The notes beneath the pieces were generated by a model that was not told where the DNA came from, made no database searches, and was given only the letters and a program-made list of their open reading frames with translations. Below, one piece after another: positions 28,261 to 38,026 of a stretch of DNA of 64,000 bases (within the stretch, counting starts at the first letter, position 1; each line of letters starts with the position of its first letter). Source of the stretch: a virus; the IMG/VR virus record IMGVR_UViG_3300035703_000020, positions 85,879 through 149,878 of that record; one strand, given 5' to 3'. Made by a program: the position numbers and the translations under genes.

Positions 28261-28744
28261 TACCGAGATCTGCCAGCTCTCGATGATCAACACGGCCGGG
28301 CGCCCGCTGCTCTCGATGCTGATCCAGCCCAACCGGCCGATCCCGCTCGAGGCGACCAGGATCCATGGGATCGAGCAGCGCGACGTCGCCCACTGCCCGC
28401 CCTTCCAGGTGGTCGGCGACCTCGTCGCCGGGCTGATGCAGGGGCGCCACGTGGTGGCGTACAACGCCGCCTTCGACGTGCACCTGATCACCCACATGCT
28501 CGCGAAGTACGGCATCGAGGTCCCGGACTTCGACACGTCGTGCTGCATGGAGGAGTACGCCCGCTGGTGCGGCCAATGGGACTCCCGCAAGGACGACTGG
28601 AAGTGGCAGAAGCTGCCAAAGTTGGCCTACGGCAATGCACACGACTCGCTCACGGACTGTATGTCGACCCTGCTGCTGATGCGGAAGATGGTCGGGGACT
28701 TCTCTGACGAGCCGTCGGCCGACGATCTCGACCTGGACTTTTGA
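28115..28744 (+). CDS. DnaQ/DEDDh 3'-5' exonuclease
   Basis: VDVETTG, AYNAAFD, HDSLTDC motifs. Confidence 0.9.
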   Translation: MKLKTKEPSTAEMAEAKAEATAWAKQRLSDPRTVIVDVETTGILSRDPDTEICQLSMINTAGRPLLSMLIQPNRPIPLEATRIHGIEQRDVAHCPPFQVVGDLVAGLMQGRHVVAYNAAFDVHLITHMLAKYGIEVPDFDTSCCMEEYARWCGQWDSRKDDWKWQKLPKLAYGNAHDSLTDCMSTLLLMRKMVGDFSDEPSADDLDLDF

Positions 28745-28753
28745 GGTGCACCA

Positions 28754-28921
28754 ATGCTGAGACTCCTGGAACTGCTCATCCGTGGCCACATCCACGACTG
28801 GGAGACCATTGACCAGCGCAGATTCAACTGGTCCAACGACTTCGGGGAGCAGGGGACCTGCACCCGCTTCTACCTCCGCTGTAAGAAATGCGGCTGGATC
28901 CGCAAGATCGACTGCAGATGA
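28754..28921 (+). CDS. Small Zn-ribbon-like protein (55 aa)
   Basis: GHIHDW...RCKKCG; GAGGT RBS. Confidence 0.6.
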   Translation: MLRLLELLIRGHIHDWETIDQRRFNWSNDFGEQGTCTRFYLRCKKCGWIRKIDCR

Positions 28922-29142
28922 GGCACTTCGCGAGCTGGTACTACACCGCCCGCGCGGGCACTATACTATACGGCTGGGCGTGCCTCAGGCTGGCCGTCCG
29001 CTACTGGAGGTTCCTCGTGTTCGGCTCGGACAAGTACGGGCCCCGCGAGGTGGAGGGCGCCAGGATACAGTTCTTCGAGTCGCTCGACCCCAAGTCGATC
29101 TCCGACGACTTCATACGCAACAACCACCTGAGACTGCAATGA
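28918..29142 (+). CDS. Hypothetical protein
   Basis: ATGA overlaps on both sides. Confidence 0.5.
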   Translation: MRHFASWYYTARAGTILYGWACLRLAVRYWRFLVFGSDKYGPREVEGARIQFFESLDPKSISDDFIRNNHLRLQ

Positions 29143-30689
29143 CGTCCAAGCTCAACAGGATAGCGATAGTCGGCGGCGGGTCCGCTGGCTGGATGTCCGC
29201 GGCGACGATGGTCAGGGCGCTGCCGGACGCCGAGGTCGTCATCATCGAGAGCCCGGACCACCCGGTCGTCGGGGTCGGCGAGAGCACGCTGGGATCGATT
29301 AGGGACTGGACGAATTGGCTCGGGCTGGACGAGGACGAGCTCATCCGCGGCACCGACGCGTCGATCAAGCTCAGCATCCGGTTCACCAACTTCGAGACCG
29401 AGAGCTCCGGGTCGTTCCATTACCCGTTCGGGCAGGTCGTCCTCCCCGAGAACCACGACAATGGCACGTCCGACTGGTACCTCCGCAAGGCCATGGACCC
29501 GTCGCTGCCGGTCCAGGACTACGCCAGGACCTACTTCCCGAACATGGCGCTCGTGGAGGCCAACCGGGTCTCCCGCGACGCGCGTGCACTCGACGGGTTC
29601 CTCTACAGGAGGGACACCGCCTTCCACTTCGACGCGATCAAGTTCGGCCAGTGGCTCAAGACCGGCTACTGCCTGCCGCGCGGGGTCGAGCTCATCCAGG
29701 ACTCCGTCGAGCACGTCAGCACCTCTGACGGCGCGGTGACGTCCCTCCGCCTGAGCCGCGGCGGCGAGGTCTCGGCCGACCTGTACATCGACTGCACGGG
29801 GTGGAAAGGGCTGCTCATAGGCGAGGCACTCGGCGTCGGCATGCGGCCGTTGAGGGACCTGCCCAACAACAGGGCCATCGCCACGCGCGTGCCCTACGTC
29901 GACAAGCGCTCGCAGCTGGTGCCGTACACGGACTGCACCGGGCTCAAGAACGGGTGGGTGTGGAACATCCCGCTGTGGTCGCGCATGGGCATCGGCTACG
30001 TGTACAGCGACGCGCACACGTCCCACGACGGCGCGCTCTCGGAGCTCGAGGGCTACCTGGCCGGGCTCGGCGTCAGGGATTTCGACAGCCTGGAGTTCCG
30101 GCCGATCGAGATCGGCACGGGGCTGCGGCACGAGATCTGGAGCTCCAACGTGGTCGCCATAGGCCTGTCGGCGGGGTTCATCGAGCCCCTCGAGAGCAAC
30201 GGGCTCTTCACCGTGCACCAGTTCCTGCTCAAGCTGGCGACGCTCGTCCAGCGCGGGGACGTCAACCAGTGGGACCGCGACTGCTTCAACTGGGCGGCGA
30301 GGCGCCAGTTCGAGTCGTTCGAGGAGTTCGTCGCGCTCCACTACGCCCTCAGCCGCCGGGACGACTCGGAGTACTGGCGCGACGTGACCGAGATGAGCCG
30401 CGCGTCCAACCTGGCGGCGAGCGTCGGCGACTACATGTTCTACGCCGACCAGCGGCTGGTCTCCAAGCGCTTCGACCCCGTGGCCGGCATGCAGTGCATC
30501 GCGACCGGGATGAACCGCTTCCCCCTCAGCGAGATCGAGCTGCTGCCCATCTTCGAGATGCACGGCGTGGATCCACGCCACAACGCCGCCGCCTACGATA
30601 GGGCGGCGGCTGTGCAGAGGGCTCGGTGGGACTCCGCCGCCGCATCCCTCCCCACGCTGCACGAATTCCTGGAGAGAATCCACAGATGA
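29139..30689 (+). CDS. Tryptophan halogenase family flavoprotein
   Basis: GGGSAGW, GVGEST, DCTG, GWVWNIPL, FIEPLESNG; true start 29139. Confidence 0.92.
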   Translation: MTSKLNRIAIVGGGSAGWMSAATMVRALPDAEVVIIESPDHPVVGVGESTLGSIRDWTNWLGLDEDELIRGTDASIKLSIRFTNFETESSGSFHYPFGQVVLPENHDNGTSDWYLRKAMDPSLPVQDYARTYFPNMALVEANRVSRDARALDGFLYRRDTAFHFDAIKFGQWLKTGYCLPRGVELIQDSVEHVSTSDGAVTSLRLSRGGEVSADLYIDCTGWKGLLIGEALGVGMRPLRDLPNNRAIATRVPYVDKRSQLVPYTDCTGLKNGWVWNIPLWSRMGIGYVYSDAHTSHDGALSELEGYLAGLGVRDFDSLEFRPIEIGTGLRHEIWSSNVVAIGLSAGFIEPLESNGLFTVHQFLLKLATLVQRGDVNQWDRDCFNWAARRQFESFEEFVALHYALSRRDDSEYWRDVTEMSRASNLAASVGDYMFYADQRLVSKRFDPVAGMQCIATGMNRFPLSEIELLPIFEMHGVDPRHNAAAYDRAAAVQRARWDSAAASLPTLHEFLERIHR

Positions 30690-30892
30690 GCTACGCCGAC
30701 CGTAGAGACAGGGCGATCGGGATCCTGATGGAGGCCATCCGCGCCATCCCGCAGGACGCGATCGTCTCGGCCGTGCTGCACGGCTGCAACAGCGAACTTC
30801 ACGAGGTGGCCGAGGAGACGTATGAGTGGCTCGCCACGCTGCGACGCTTCCCTGTGTACCCCAAAAGAGAGGGCGGCAATGGGGATGTTTGA
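30686..30892 (+). CDS. Hypothetical protein
   Basis: ATGA-coupled, 68 aa. Confidence 0.55.
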   Translation: MSYADRRDRAIGILMEAIRAIPQDAIVSAVLHGCNSELHEVAEETYEWLATLRRFPVYPKREGGNGDV

Positions 30893-31280
30893 CTGGGTGC
30901 GTTGCGGGTGTCTTCACACACACGACCCGCGTGTGGACACACACACGACGTACCAGACCAAGGACCTCGACTGCTGCCTCGACGACTACTGGGTCGACCC
31001 GGCCGGGCAGATCTGGCGGGTCGACTACTCTGGCACGCACGACTACGTTGAGGAGCCGCCAGAGGAGGTGGAAAAAGCCAGGCTGGAGAAGCGCTGGCTA
31101 CCGCCATTCACCCCAGTGCCGAACGGCAACCGAGGGAGGGTGAGGCCGCTCGACCTCACGCGCACCATCCGCCTCCACCCAGCACAGTGGAAGCACCACA
31201 AGCCCGACCACAGCGACTGGCCGGAGTACGAGCTAACGTTCAGAGACGGAAAAGTCATCCTCATCCAATGCTTAAAGTAA
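30879..31280 (+). CDS. Conserved phage hypothetical protein
   Basis: MGMFD...YQTKDL...FRDGK pattern. Confidence 0.7.
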   Translation: MGMFDWVRCGCLHTHDPRVDTHTTYQTKDLDCCLDDYWVDPAGQIWRVDYSGTHDYVEEPPEEVEKARLEKRWLPPFTPVPNGNRGRVRPLDLTRTIRLHPAQWKHHKPDHSDWPEYELTFRDGKVILIQCLK

Positions 31281-32002
31281 CCGAAGACGCAATCACCAAT
31301 GACGCCCACTGGGTCATCTCAGGATCGTCCAAAGCCCGACTGGTCAACGCGACTCCACACCTTGATGAGACTGTGGGCTACGTGGCACGTGTATCGAGCA
31401 AGGCTCAGGAGAATCCATCCGTCGAGCGGCTGCTCGGGTACTGCGCCAAGCACGGGCACTGGAGCGTCTTCGAGCAGGGGTCGATCACGGTAGAGGTCGT
31501 CACGCCGCTAGCTATCGCGATCCAGGCTCTGCGGCACCGGAGCTTCTGCTTCCAGCAGTTCAGCGGCCGGTACCAGGACCACTCCGAGATGGCGGGCATG
31601 ACGCTCGGCCTGCCGGCGCTGTCCGGCATGTTCTACATGCCCGAGGTGGCGCGCCTGCAGGACCCCAAGAACAGGCAGAACAGCGTCGCGACCGACGACG
31701 AGGGGCTCACGGCTGAGATGCGCGCCGACATGACGATGGCCTACGAGGTCGCGATCGCCTGCTACGCGTCGCTCATCGAGAAGGGCATCGCGAAGGAGAT
31801 CGCCAGGTTCGTGCTCCCGGAGGGCGTGTACACGCGGCTCTACGTCACCGGCAGCCCGCGCTCGTTCATCCACTACTGCGGCGTCCGCGACGACGAGGGC
31901 GTGGCGCAGCTCGAGCACGTCGAGCTGGCGCGCGCGGTCCGAGCGGTGTTCTCGCAGGCGTGCCCGGTCATCGCCAGATCTATCTGGGGAGGGGCCGTCT
32001 AA
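31268..32002 (+). CDS. thyX: Flavin-dependent thymidylate synthase
   Basis: GHWSVFEQ, RHRSFCFQQFSGRY, EIARFVLP. Confidence 0.93.
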   Translation: MLKVTEDAITNDAHWVISGSSKARLVNATPHLDETVGYVARVSSKAQENPSVERLLGYCAKHGHWSVFEQGSITVEVVTPLAIAIQALRHRSFCFQQFSGRYQDHSEMAGMTLGLPALSGMFYMPEVARLQDPKNRQNSVATDDEGLTAEMRADMTMAYEVAIACYASLIEKGIAKEIARFVLPEGVYTRLYVTGSPRSFIHYCGVRDDEGVAQLEHVELARAVRAVFSQACPVIARSIWGGAV

Positions 32003-32026
32003 GATAGGTTGGTATAGGCAAACACA

Positions 32027-32983
32027 ATGGCGCTGCGAGAGGAGTCCTTCGAGCTCGATCTCGAGCCTGCGCCCCTGGTCGTCTTCGACTTCATGGTCGC
32101 GGCCTGGGGCGTGTTCGGCTACCTACAATCGATCGAGCACCTCTACACGCCGGAGATGCTGCAGAAGATCACCAAGGCCCTGTGGGCGATCAAGGCGAAC
32201 CGCGGGCCGGACATGCTACCGCGGCACGGCTACAACATCGTGGTCGTCTCGGACAAGAGGTACGAGGCCTACGGCACGTACTGGCGCGGCGTGGAGATAC
32301 GCAAGGACGAGCGGATGGAGGTGGTCTGGGAGGAGTACTGCGAGGCCAAGGGCCTCGACCAGGCCGGCACCGCGACCGGCTACAAGGGCAACCGCCGCGA
32401 GAAGGACGACAACTTCTACCAGGTCGTGGAGACCGGCTGGGAGTACTGCCAGCGGTACTTCCCGTGCTTCAAGGAGGAGGGGCTCGAGGCCGACGACTGG
32501 GCCGGCGCCATCTTCCGCGTGTCGAGGGACACGAAGGGCGTGTGCCGCGACCGCCAGGTCCTGCTGAGCACGATCGACCGCGACTGGTCGATGCTCGTCG
32601 ACGAGTCGCACCGCGTCTACTGGGCCAACACGCGCATCCCGGGGCCGAAGGAGCGCATCCAGGAGCGGCTGGCGGGCGAGGATCAGGTGCTGCTTCACAC
32701 GGAGATGAAGTTAGGAGTAAAAATAAAGCACCCGCGCTTCCTGGCGCACGCCAAGCAGGAGCAGGGCGATCTCGGCGACAACCTCCCGCCGGGCTCCCCG
32801 CTCGAGTACTTCGACCTCTGCGAGCCCCACCCCAAGTACCGGGTGGAGGAACTGGAGGACTACCCTCGTCTCGTCGAGGCGCTGAACGACCCGGCGCCGA
32901 ACGTGATCCACGAGCACATGGACAAGGCGCTGGCGGCCTTCAGGAAGATCGGGCTCGAACCGCCTCCGTACTCCTTCTGCTAG
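32027..32983 (+). CDS. 5'-3' exonuclease / RNase H (FEN-like)
   Basis: YKGNR, EADD, DRD motifs. Confidence 0.8.
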   Translation: MALREESFELDLEPAPLVVFDFMVAAWGVFGYLQSIEHLYTPEMLQKITKALWAIKANRGPDMLPRHGYNIVVVSDKRYEAYGTYWRGVEIRKDERMEVVWEEYCEAKGLDQAGTATGYKGNRREKDDNFYQVVETGWEYCQRYFPCFKEEGLEADDWAGAIFRVSRDTKGVCRDRQVLLSTIDRDWSMLVDESHRVYWANTRIPGPKERIQERLAGEDQVLLHTEMKLGVKIKHPRFLAHAKQEQGDLGDNLPPGSPLEYFDLCEPHPKYRVEELEDYPRLVEALNDPAPNVIHEHMDKALAAFRKIGLEPPPYSFC

Positions 32984-32984
32984 C

Positions 32985-34292
32985 ATGCCGAACTTCCTGG
33001 CCGGACTGACGAGCGGGCAATCCCAGAGCGCCCTGAACGCGGCCGGGTCGTCCTTCGGCGTCGGCAACGTGGGGTCGCTCGCCTACTCCGGCTCGGCGGC
33101 CGTCGCCGCCCTGCAGAACACGAACGGGCAGGCGCTGCAGCAGGCGGGCTTCAACGCCGCGATCAGCCTGACCAGCGGCGCGTCGCTCGGCACCGTCGCG
33201 TCCAACGCCCTCTCGAGCCTGACCGGCGTGAGCTTCGGGCCCCTGAGCGGGCTCCTGGGCGGTGGCGGCGGGCTCAGCGGCGTCAAGCCCGTGGCCCTCC
33301 ACACCGAGTTCGCGGCAGGGCCCGCGGAGATGGGCCGCACCTACGGTGAGCAGGACCTGGTCTTCTACCTGCTGAGGGCAGACCAGGGGGCCGCGTCCGC
33401 CACCACCAAGATCGAGGACCAGACGGCCGCCGCGGGCGGCGGGCAGCTGGGGACGCTCGGGACGCTGGCCTCCGTCGCGACAGTCGCCGGGGCGATCACG
33501 GGCAACGCCGTCGTGCAGAACGTGGCGACGGGCCTGGCGTTCGCGAAGGCGGCAACGGGCCTGTTCAACAAGGGGCCCGCGGCCGCGATTTCAGCCCTGG
33601 CGGGCGGCGGCGGCTCCGGCAACCTGGCCGCCAAGGACATCCAGAACACGGACCTCCCGGGCACGATGCCCACGGAGTGGTACTTCATCACGCCGCCGCA
33701 GGACGTCAACTGGTCCAAGGACTCGAAGAGCGGCGCGGTGGAGACCTACGGCACGAACTCGCCGTACGTGACCTACGCCGCGACGGGCCTGAGGAAGCTG
33801 TCGCTCGGCAACGCGATGCTCGAGGGCTTCTCCAACGGCAAGCAGGTCGAGGGCAACGTCACGCAGCTCGAGGCGTCGATGAACATGGTGCTGCAGAGCG
33901 GCTACACCGCCCCCTTCTGCTGGAAGGTGTACTGCGGCCCCACGAAGGAGTACGGGACGTTCATCATCTCCTCCGTGAAGGTGAAGGAGGCGATGAGAGA
34001 CATGAGCGGTTACGCCACGCGGGCCTTCGTCGACGTTGACCTGATAGAGGTCCCGTCGTACCAGGTGTCCGGCGGCATCGACCTGGCTGGCGGGAGCATC
34101 CTCAGCTCCGGGCTGTCGAGCGCCGCCAAGGGCGCTAGCGCGGCGTCCTCCAACTCGTCCGCGTCGCAGAACGCGGCGGCCGCGTCCGCCACGCCCAAGC
34201 CACCGGCGAGTACGGCTAGCACGGCTGCAGCCGCCGCGAAGGCGCCCGCGGCACCGGCCGCGGCCGCGCCCGGCACCAGACTCGCGCAGTGA
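32985..34292 (+). CDS. Tail/baseplate-associated protein
   Basis: Gly/Ala-rich N-terminus, tube-like beta domain, lies just before the tape measure gene. Confidence 0.5.
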   Translation: MPNFLAGLTSGQSQSALNAAGSSFGVGNVGSLAYSGSAAVAALQNTNGQALQQAGFNAAISLTSGASLGTVASNALSSLTGVSFGPLSGLLGGGGGLSGVKPVALHTEFAAGPAEMGRTYGEQDLVFYLLRADQGAASATTKIEDQTAAAGGGQLGTLGTLASVATVAGAITGNAVVQNVATGLAFAKAATGLFNKGPAAAISALAGGGGSGNLAAKDIQNTDLPGTMPTEWYFITPPQDVNWSKDSKSGAVETYGTNSPYVTYAATGLRKLSLGNAMLEGFSNGKQVEGNVTQLEASMNMVLQSGYTAPFCWKVYCGPTKEYGTFIISSVKVKEAMRDMSGYATRAFVDVDLIEVPSYQVSGGIDLAGGSILSSGLSSAAKGASAASSNSSASQNAAAASATPKPPASTASTAAAAAKAPAAPAAAAPGTRLAQ

Positions 34293-34306
34293 GGAACTAG
34301 ACTGAC

Positions 34307-37300
34307 ATGGCAGACAAGGAAATCAGGCTAGTTGGGTCGTTTAAGGACGACATCACGCCGAAGCTGGCGAAGCTGTCGAAGGAGATCGACGCCGTCACAA
34401 AGAGCTTCACCAAGATGCAGGGGAAGCTCAGGCCGATCGCGCGCGACATGGGCGTCCTCGCCATGGCCTCAGAAAGGCTCGGCGACGGCCTGCGCTCGCA
34501 GCGCACCGGGTTCGAGACCAACATCCGGGCGATGCAGCAGTACCGCTCGGAGATGGGCAAGGTCGCCCGCGCCCAGCGCGCGATCCGGCCGACGACGCTC
34601 TCGGCCCCTCGCGGCGGGGGCGGCGGCACCCCGCGCGTTCGCGGCGGCGGTGGCGGAGGGACCGGCATAGGCGAGATCGCCATCGGTAGCGCCATCGGCG
34701 GCGTGGTGACCAGCGCGATCGTCGCCGGGTTCCAGACCGGCGTCCAGCTGATGACGAAGCCGTTCGAGATGTTCGGACGCGCGTTCGCCGAGAGGATCGG
34801 CGACGAGATGGAGGACATCAAGTCGGCCGGCGGGATGTTCGCGCTCGACAAGAAGTCGAAGACCCCGTTGTTCACGTCCTTCGAGGACGCGATGAAGATG
34901 CAGGAGGGGCTCAACAGGTCCCTCGCCAAGTCCGCCGCGGCGCTGCCCGGCGCGACGAGCGACTACGTGAAGGCGGCCCGCGGCCTGACCGACACGGTGA
35001 TGGGCGCGTTCACCAAGAACGAGGAGGCATTCAAGAAGTTTGCCACCGAGCTCGGTGCGCGCCAGGGCGCGACGTCCGAGGAGGCCATCACCAAGGTGCT
35101 CCAGCGGTTCACCGAGCAGACGGTGCTGCTGGGCCAGGGGCAGAAGGGCGGCATGCCCCTCACGATGCTGATGGAGCAGCTCGTCACGCGCGAGTCGGTC
35201 AACATCACGGGCATGGCAGCCCGCTACGCCCAGCTCAGGAGCAACCCGCTGCTGGCGGGCATGCTCAAGGACGCCGAGGCGGAGATCAACAAGACGACGG
35301 CGGGCACCGCCGAGCGCTTCAGGGCCGTGATGAAGGCCCTCGACGCCGCACTGCCGCAGGAGGTCGTCAACAAGATGCGCAGGTCGGTGAGCGGCCTGAT
35401 CGAGGCGACCCGCTCGGCGTTCCTCGACCCCGACACCGGCCTGTTCGGCCTGTCGCGCGAGCTGCAGATGACGGTCCCGGCCGTCAACCAGTTCGGCCAG
35501 TACGTCGACGAGAACGGCAAGGCCGTCCGCGACGCGGCGCTGGCGGCGCGCGAGTCGACGTCGCTGTTCAAGATCCTCAAGGAGACGCTCGCGAACTTCG
35601 CGGTGCCCATCCTCGAGCTGCTCAGCACGCTGCCCCAGATCTTCGACCCGTTCAAGAAGATCGCGGAGCAGTTCAAGGAGCTGCGCGAGACTTCGAACCT
35701 GTTCTACCGCAACTTCAACTCCTACACGAAGTGGTTCGAGAACCAGTCCGCCAACTTCATGAAGCAGGCGGAGAAGATCACCGACCCCAAGGCGGCCGCG
35801 GACCTCAAGCGCCGGGCCAACATGCTCAAGGAGCAGGCCGGCGGGCGCGGCGCGCTCGCGACCCTCAACAACGCGCTGGCGTCCATCGGGGCGATCGACG
35901 ACAAGCAGTTCAAGGCCAACGCCGCCAAGCTCGCCGACACCAGCAAGGCCGGGATCGAGTCCTTCGGGGCCAAGGGCATGGCGGAGATGACCAAGACCCT
36001 CCTCGTGCAGTTCGGCAACTCGAAGTACATCGCCGACCTGGCCGAGACGCTCGGCAAGGCGATGGGCGCGTTCATCGACACCGTGTTCACGATGCTCGAC
36101 GGCGCGCTGTCAGGCGTTGAGAGCAAGACCGGCAACAAGATCGTCGAGGCGTTCGGCCGCGGCTTCGCCAGCGTGATCAACAAGCGGCGCGCGGACGAGA
36201 TCGCTGAGATCATCGACAGGCTGCTGACCAAGGTCTTTGATATGGCCGCCAACATCCTGATCACGAAGGTGATCCCGGCGATCGGCGTGGCCATCATCAA
36301 GTCGATCGAGGCCGCCTGGAAGGCGGGCCCGCTCGGGAAGTTCCTGGTCATCGTTGGCGTGCTGACGACCTTCCAGCGAGCCGTGGTGGCCGCGACGGCT
36401 GCCATGAAAGCCCTGGCACTGCTGAGGGCGCTCGGCGGCGGTGGCCTCCGGGGTCTGGGCGGCGTTGCCGGCCCGGCGAGGACGGCGGCCGGAAGCAGAG
36501 CGATGGCCATCGGGGCCGGGATACGTGGATCGTTCCGCGGGTCGCTCATGGGGCGGGCCGGGACGGCGATGGCCGCGCGGGGCATGCCAGCGATGCCTGG
36601 CTTCATGGGCGGCGCGATGCAGGGCGTCCGCGGGGCGGGGGCCCGGATGACCAAATTCATGCGCAGCCCGGTGGGCGGGGGAATCGGGGCCGGCGCCCTG
36701 ACCGCCGTGTTCTCCGGGCTCGAGACCCTCTCGCAGCTTGAGGGCATCGACGCCGAGCGCTCGCAGCTCGAGAAGGAGCGCAAGGAGGCGCTGAAGCAGG
36801 GCGACTACCAGCGCGTGGCCGAGATCGGCAAGGAGCAGTCCGCGCTGGCCGACCTCAAGGGCAAGACCCAGGCCGAGGGCGTTGGCGGCATCGCCGGCTC
36901 GCTCGCGGGTGGGGCGCTGGGCGGCCTGATCGGCGGCCCCATCGGCGCCATGATCGGCGCGCAGGTGGGCAACGCCATCGGCACGAAGTTCGGCCCGGCC
37001 ATCGGCAACTGGTGGAACAGCACCGCGGCGCCCTTCCTGTCCAACCTCGGCGCCACGATCGGCAACTTCTTCACCCAGACCATCCCCGCCTGGTGGAGCG
37101 GCACCGCGTGGCCCGGGATCCAGAACGCCTTCAACCTCCTCAAGGACGGCATCGGGCTGGTCTTCAAGGTGCTGTTCTGGCCGCAGACGATGGCGCTGAA
37201 CCTGATCCGCGGCCTCGCCCAGAACATCTACACCGCGGCGCAGAACATCGTCCCGGGCATAGGGAAGTTCTTCGTCGACCTCCCGGGCAAGATCGGGTCA

Positions 37301-38023
37301 GCCATCAAGGGCATGTTCGGCTTCGGCGGCGGGTTCGCCCGCGGCGGCGTCGGCGGGTTCCCCAAGACCTCCGGGTTCGGCATGCGCTGGGGCCGGATGC
37401 ACTCCGGCAACGACTACGGGATGCCGACGGGCACGAAGCTCGGGCTCGGCGGGCCCGGCAAGGTCAAGTACGCCGGCTGGGGTGGCGGCTACGGCAACAT
37501 GGTCGACATCCAGGGCGCCGACGGCGTCCTCTACCGCTTCGCCCACCTGAGCAAGATCAACGCGCCCGTCGGCGCGGTCCTGCCCCCGGGAGCCGTGTTC
37601 GGCCTCTCCGGCAACACGGGCAACTCTACCGGCCCGCACCTGCACTTCGAGGCGCGCCCCGGCGGGGGCGCCGCGGTCAACCCCGACCGCTACGCTGGCA
37701 TGATCCGGGCCAACTTCGGCGGCACCGACCTCGGCGGCATGCTGGCGGCGGCGCAGCTCGAGGCGGGCAAGATGCCGTACGGCGCCAACCTCGCGATCGG
37801 CAACTCGGACGAGATCTTCATGAAGCCCATCCAGATGTCGTCGCTTGTGGAGAGCGCGACGCGGGCGGGCGTCAACGGGGCGGGCAACTTCGACGTGCAG
37901 AAGGTCGAGGTCACCGTCGTCGACAACACGGGCAACATAGCGCAGGTGGCCGACCAGGTCGCCGAGCAGTTCCTCACGCACATGTACAAGGCGTCCCTCA
38001 GCGTGGACGGCCGGGCGGGATAA
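34307..38023 (+). CDS. Tape-measure-like protein with C-terminal M23 peptidase
   Basis: 1238 aa, helical and Ala/Gly-rich; HSGND, AHLS, STGPHLHFE. Confidence 0.8.
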   Translation: MADKEIRLVGSFKDDITPKLAKLSKEIDAVTKSFTKMQGKLRPIARDMGVLAMASERLGDGLRSQRTGFETNIRAMQQYRSEMGKVARAQRAIRPTTLSAPRGGGGGTPRVRGGGGGGTGIGEIAIGSAIGGVVTSAIVAGFQTGVQLMTKPFEMFGRAFAERIGDEMEDIKSAGGMFALDKKSKTPLFTSFEDAMKMQEGLNRSLAKSAAALPGATSDYVKAARGLTDTVMGAFTKNEEAFKKFATELGARQGATSEEAITKVLQRFTEQTVLLGQGQKGGMPLTMLMEQLVTRESVNITGMAARYAQLRSNPLLAGMLKDAEAEINKTTAGTAERFRAVMKALDAALPQEVVNKMRRSVSGLIEATRSAFLDPDTGLFGLSRELQMTVPAVNQFGQYVDENGKAVRDAALAARESTSLFKILKETLANFAVPILELLSTLPQIFDPFKKIAEQFKELRETSNLFYRNFNSYTKWFENQSANFMKQAEKITDPKAAADLKRRANMLKEQAGGRGALATLNNALASIGAIDDKQFKANAAKLADTSKAGIESFGAKGMAEMTKTLLVQFGNSKYIADLAETLGKAMGAFIDTVFTMLDGALSGVESKTGNKIVEAFGRGFASVINKRRADEIAEIIDRLLTKVFDMAANILITKVIPAIGVAIIKSIEAAWKAGPLGKFLVIVGVLTTFQRAVVAATAAMKALALLRALGGGGLRGLGGVAGPARTAAGSRAMAIGAGIRGSFRGSLMGRAGTAMAARGMPAMPGFMGGAMQGVRGAGARMTKFMRSPVGGGIGAGALTAVFSGLETLSQLEGIDAERSQLEKERKEALKQGDYQRVAEIGKEQSALADLKGKTQAEGVGGIAGSLAGGALGGLIGGPIGAMIGAQVGNAIGTKFGPAIGNWWNSTAAPFLSNLGATIGNFFTQTIPAWWSGTAWPGIQNAFNLLKDGIGLVFKVLFWPQTMALNLIRGLAQNIYTAAQNIVPGIGKFFVDLPGKIGSAIKGMFGFGGGFARGGVGGFPKTSGFGMRWGRMHSGNDYGMPTGTKLGLGGPGKVKYAGWGGGYGNMVDIQGADGVLYRFAHLSKINAPVGAVLPPGAVFGLSGNTGNSTGPHLHFEARPGGGAAVNPDRYAGMIRANFGGTDLGGMLAAAQLEAGKMPYGANLAIGNSDEIFMKPIQMSSLVESATRAGVNGAGNFDVQKVEVTVVDNTGNIAQVADQVAEQFLTHMYKASLSVDGRAG

Positions 38024-38026
38024 CCT

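Noticed and set aside
29139-30689. Halogenase as part of a natural-product or RiPP cluster with the Cys-motif proteins
   Set aside because: It lies about 15 kb away among nucleotide genes, such halogenases are common in cyanophages, and the Cys-motif proteins are large fusions rather than short precursors.
32985-34307. Tail-assembly-chaperone frameshift before the tape measure gene
   Set aside because: A single ORF runs up to the tape measure gene, and I saw no slippery site or second frame.
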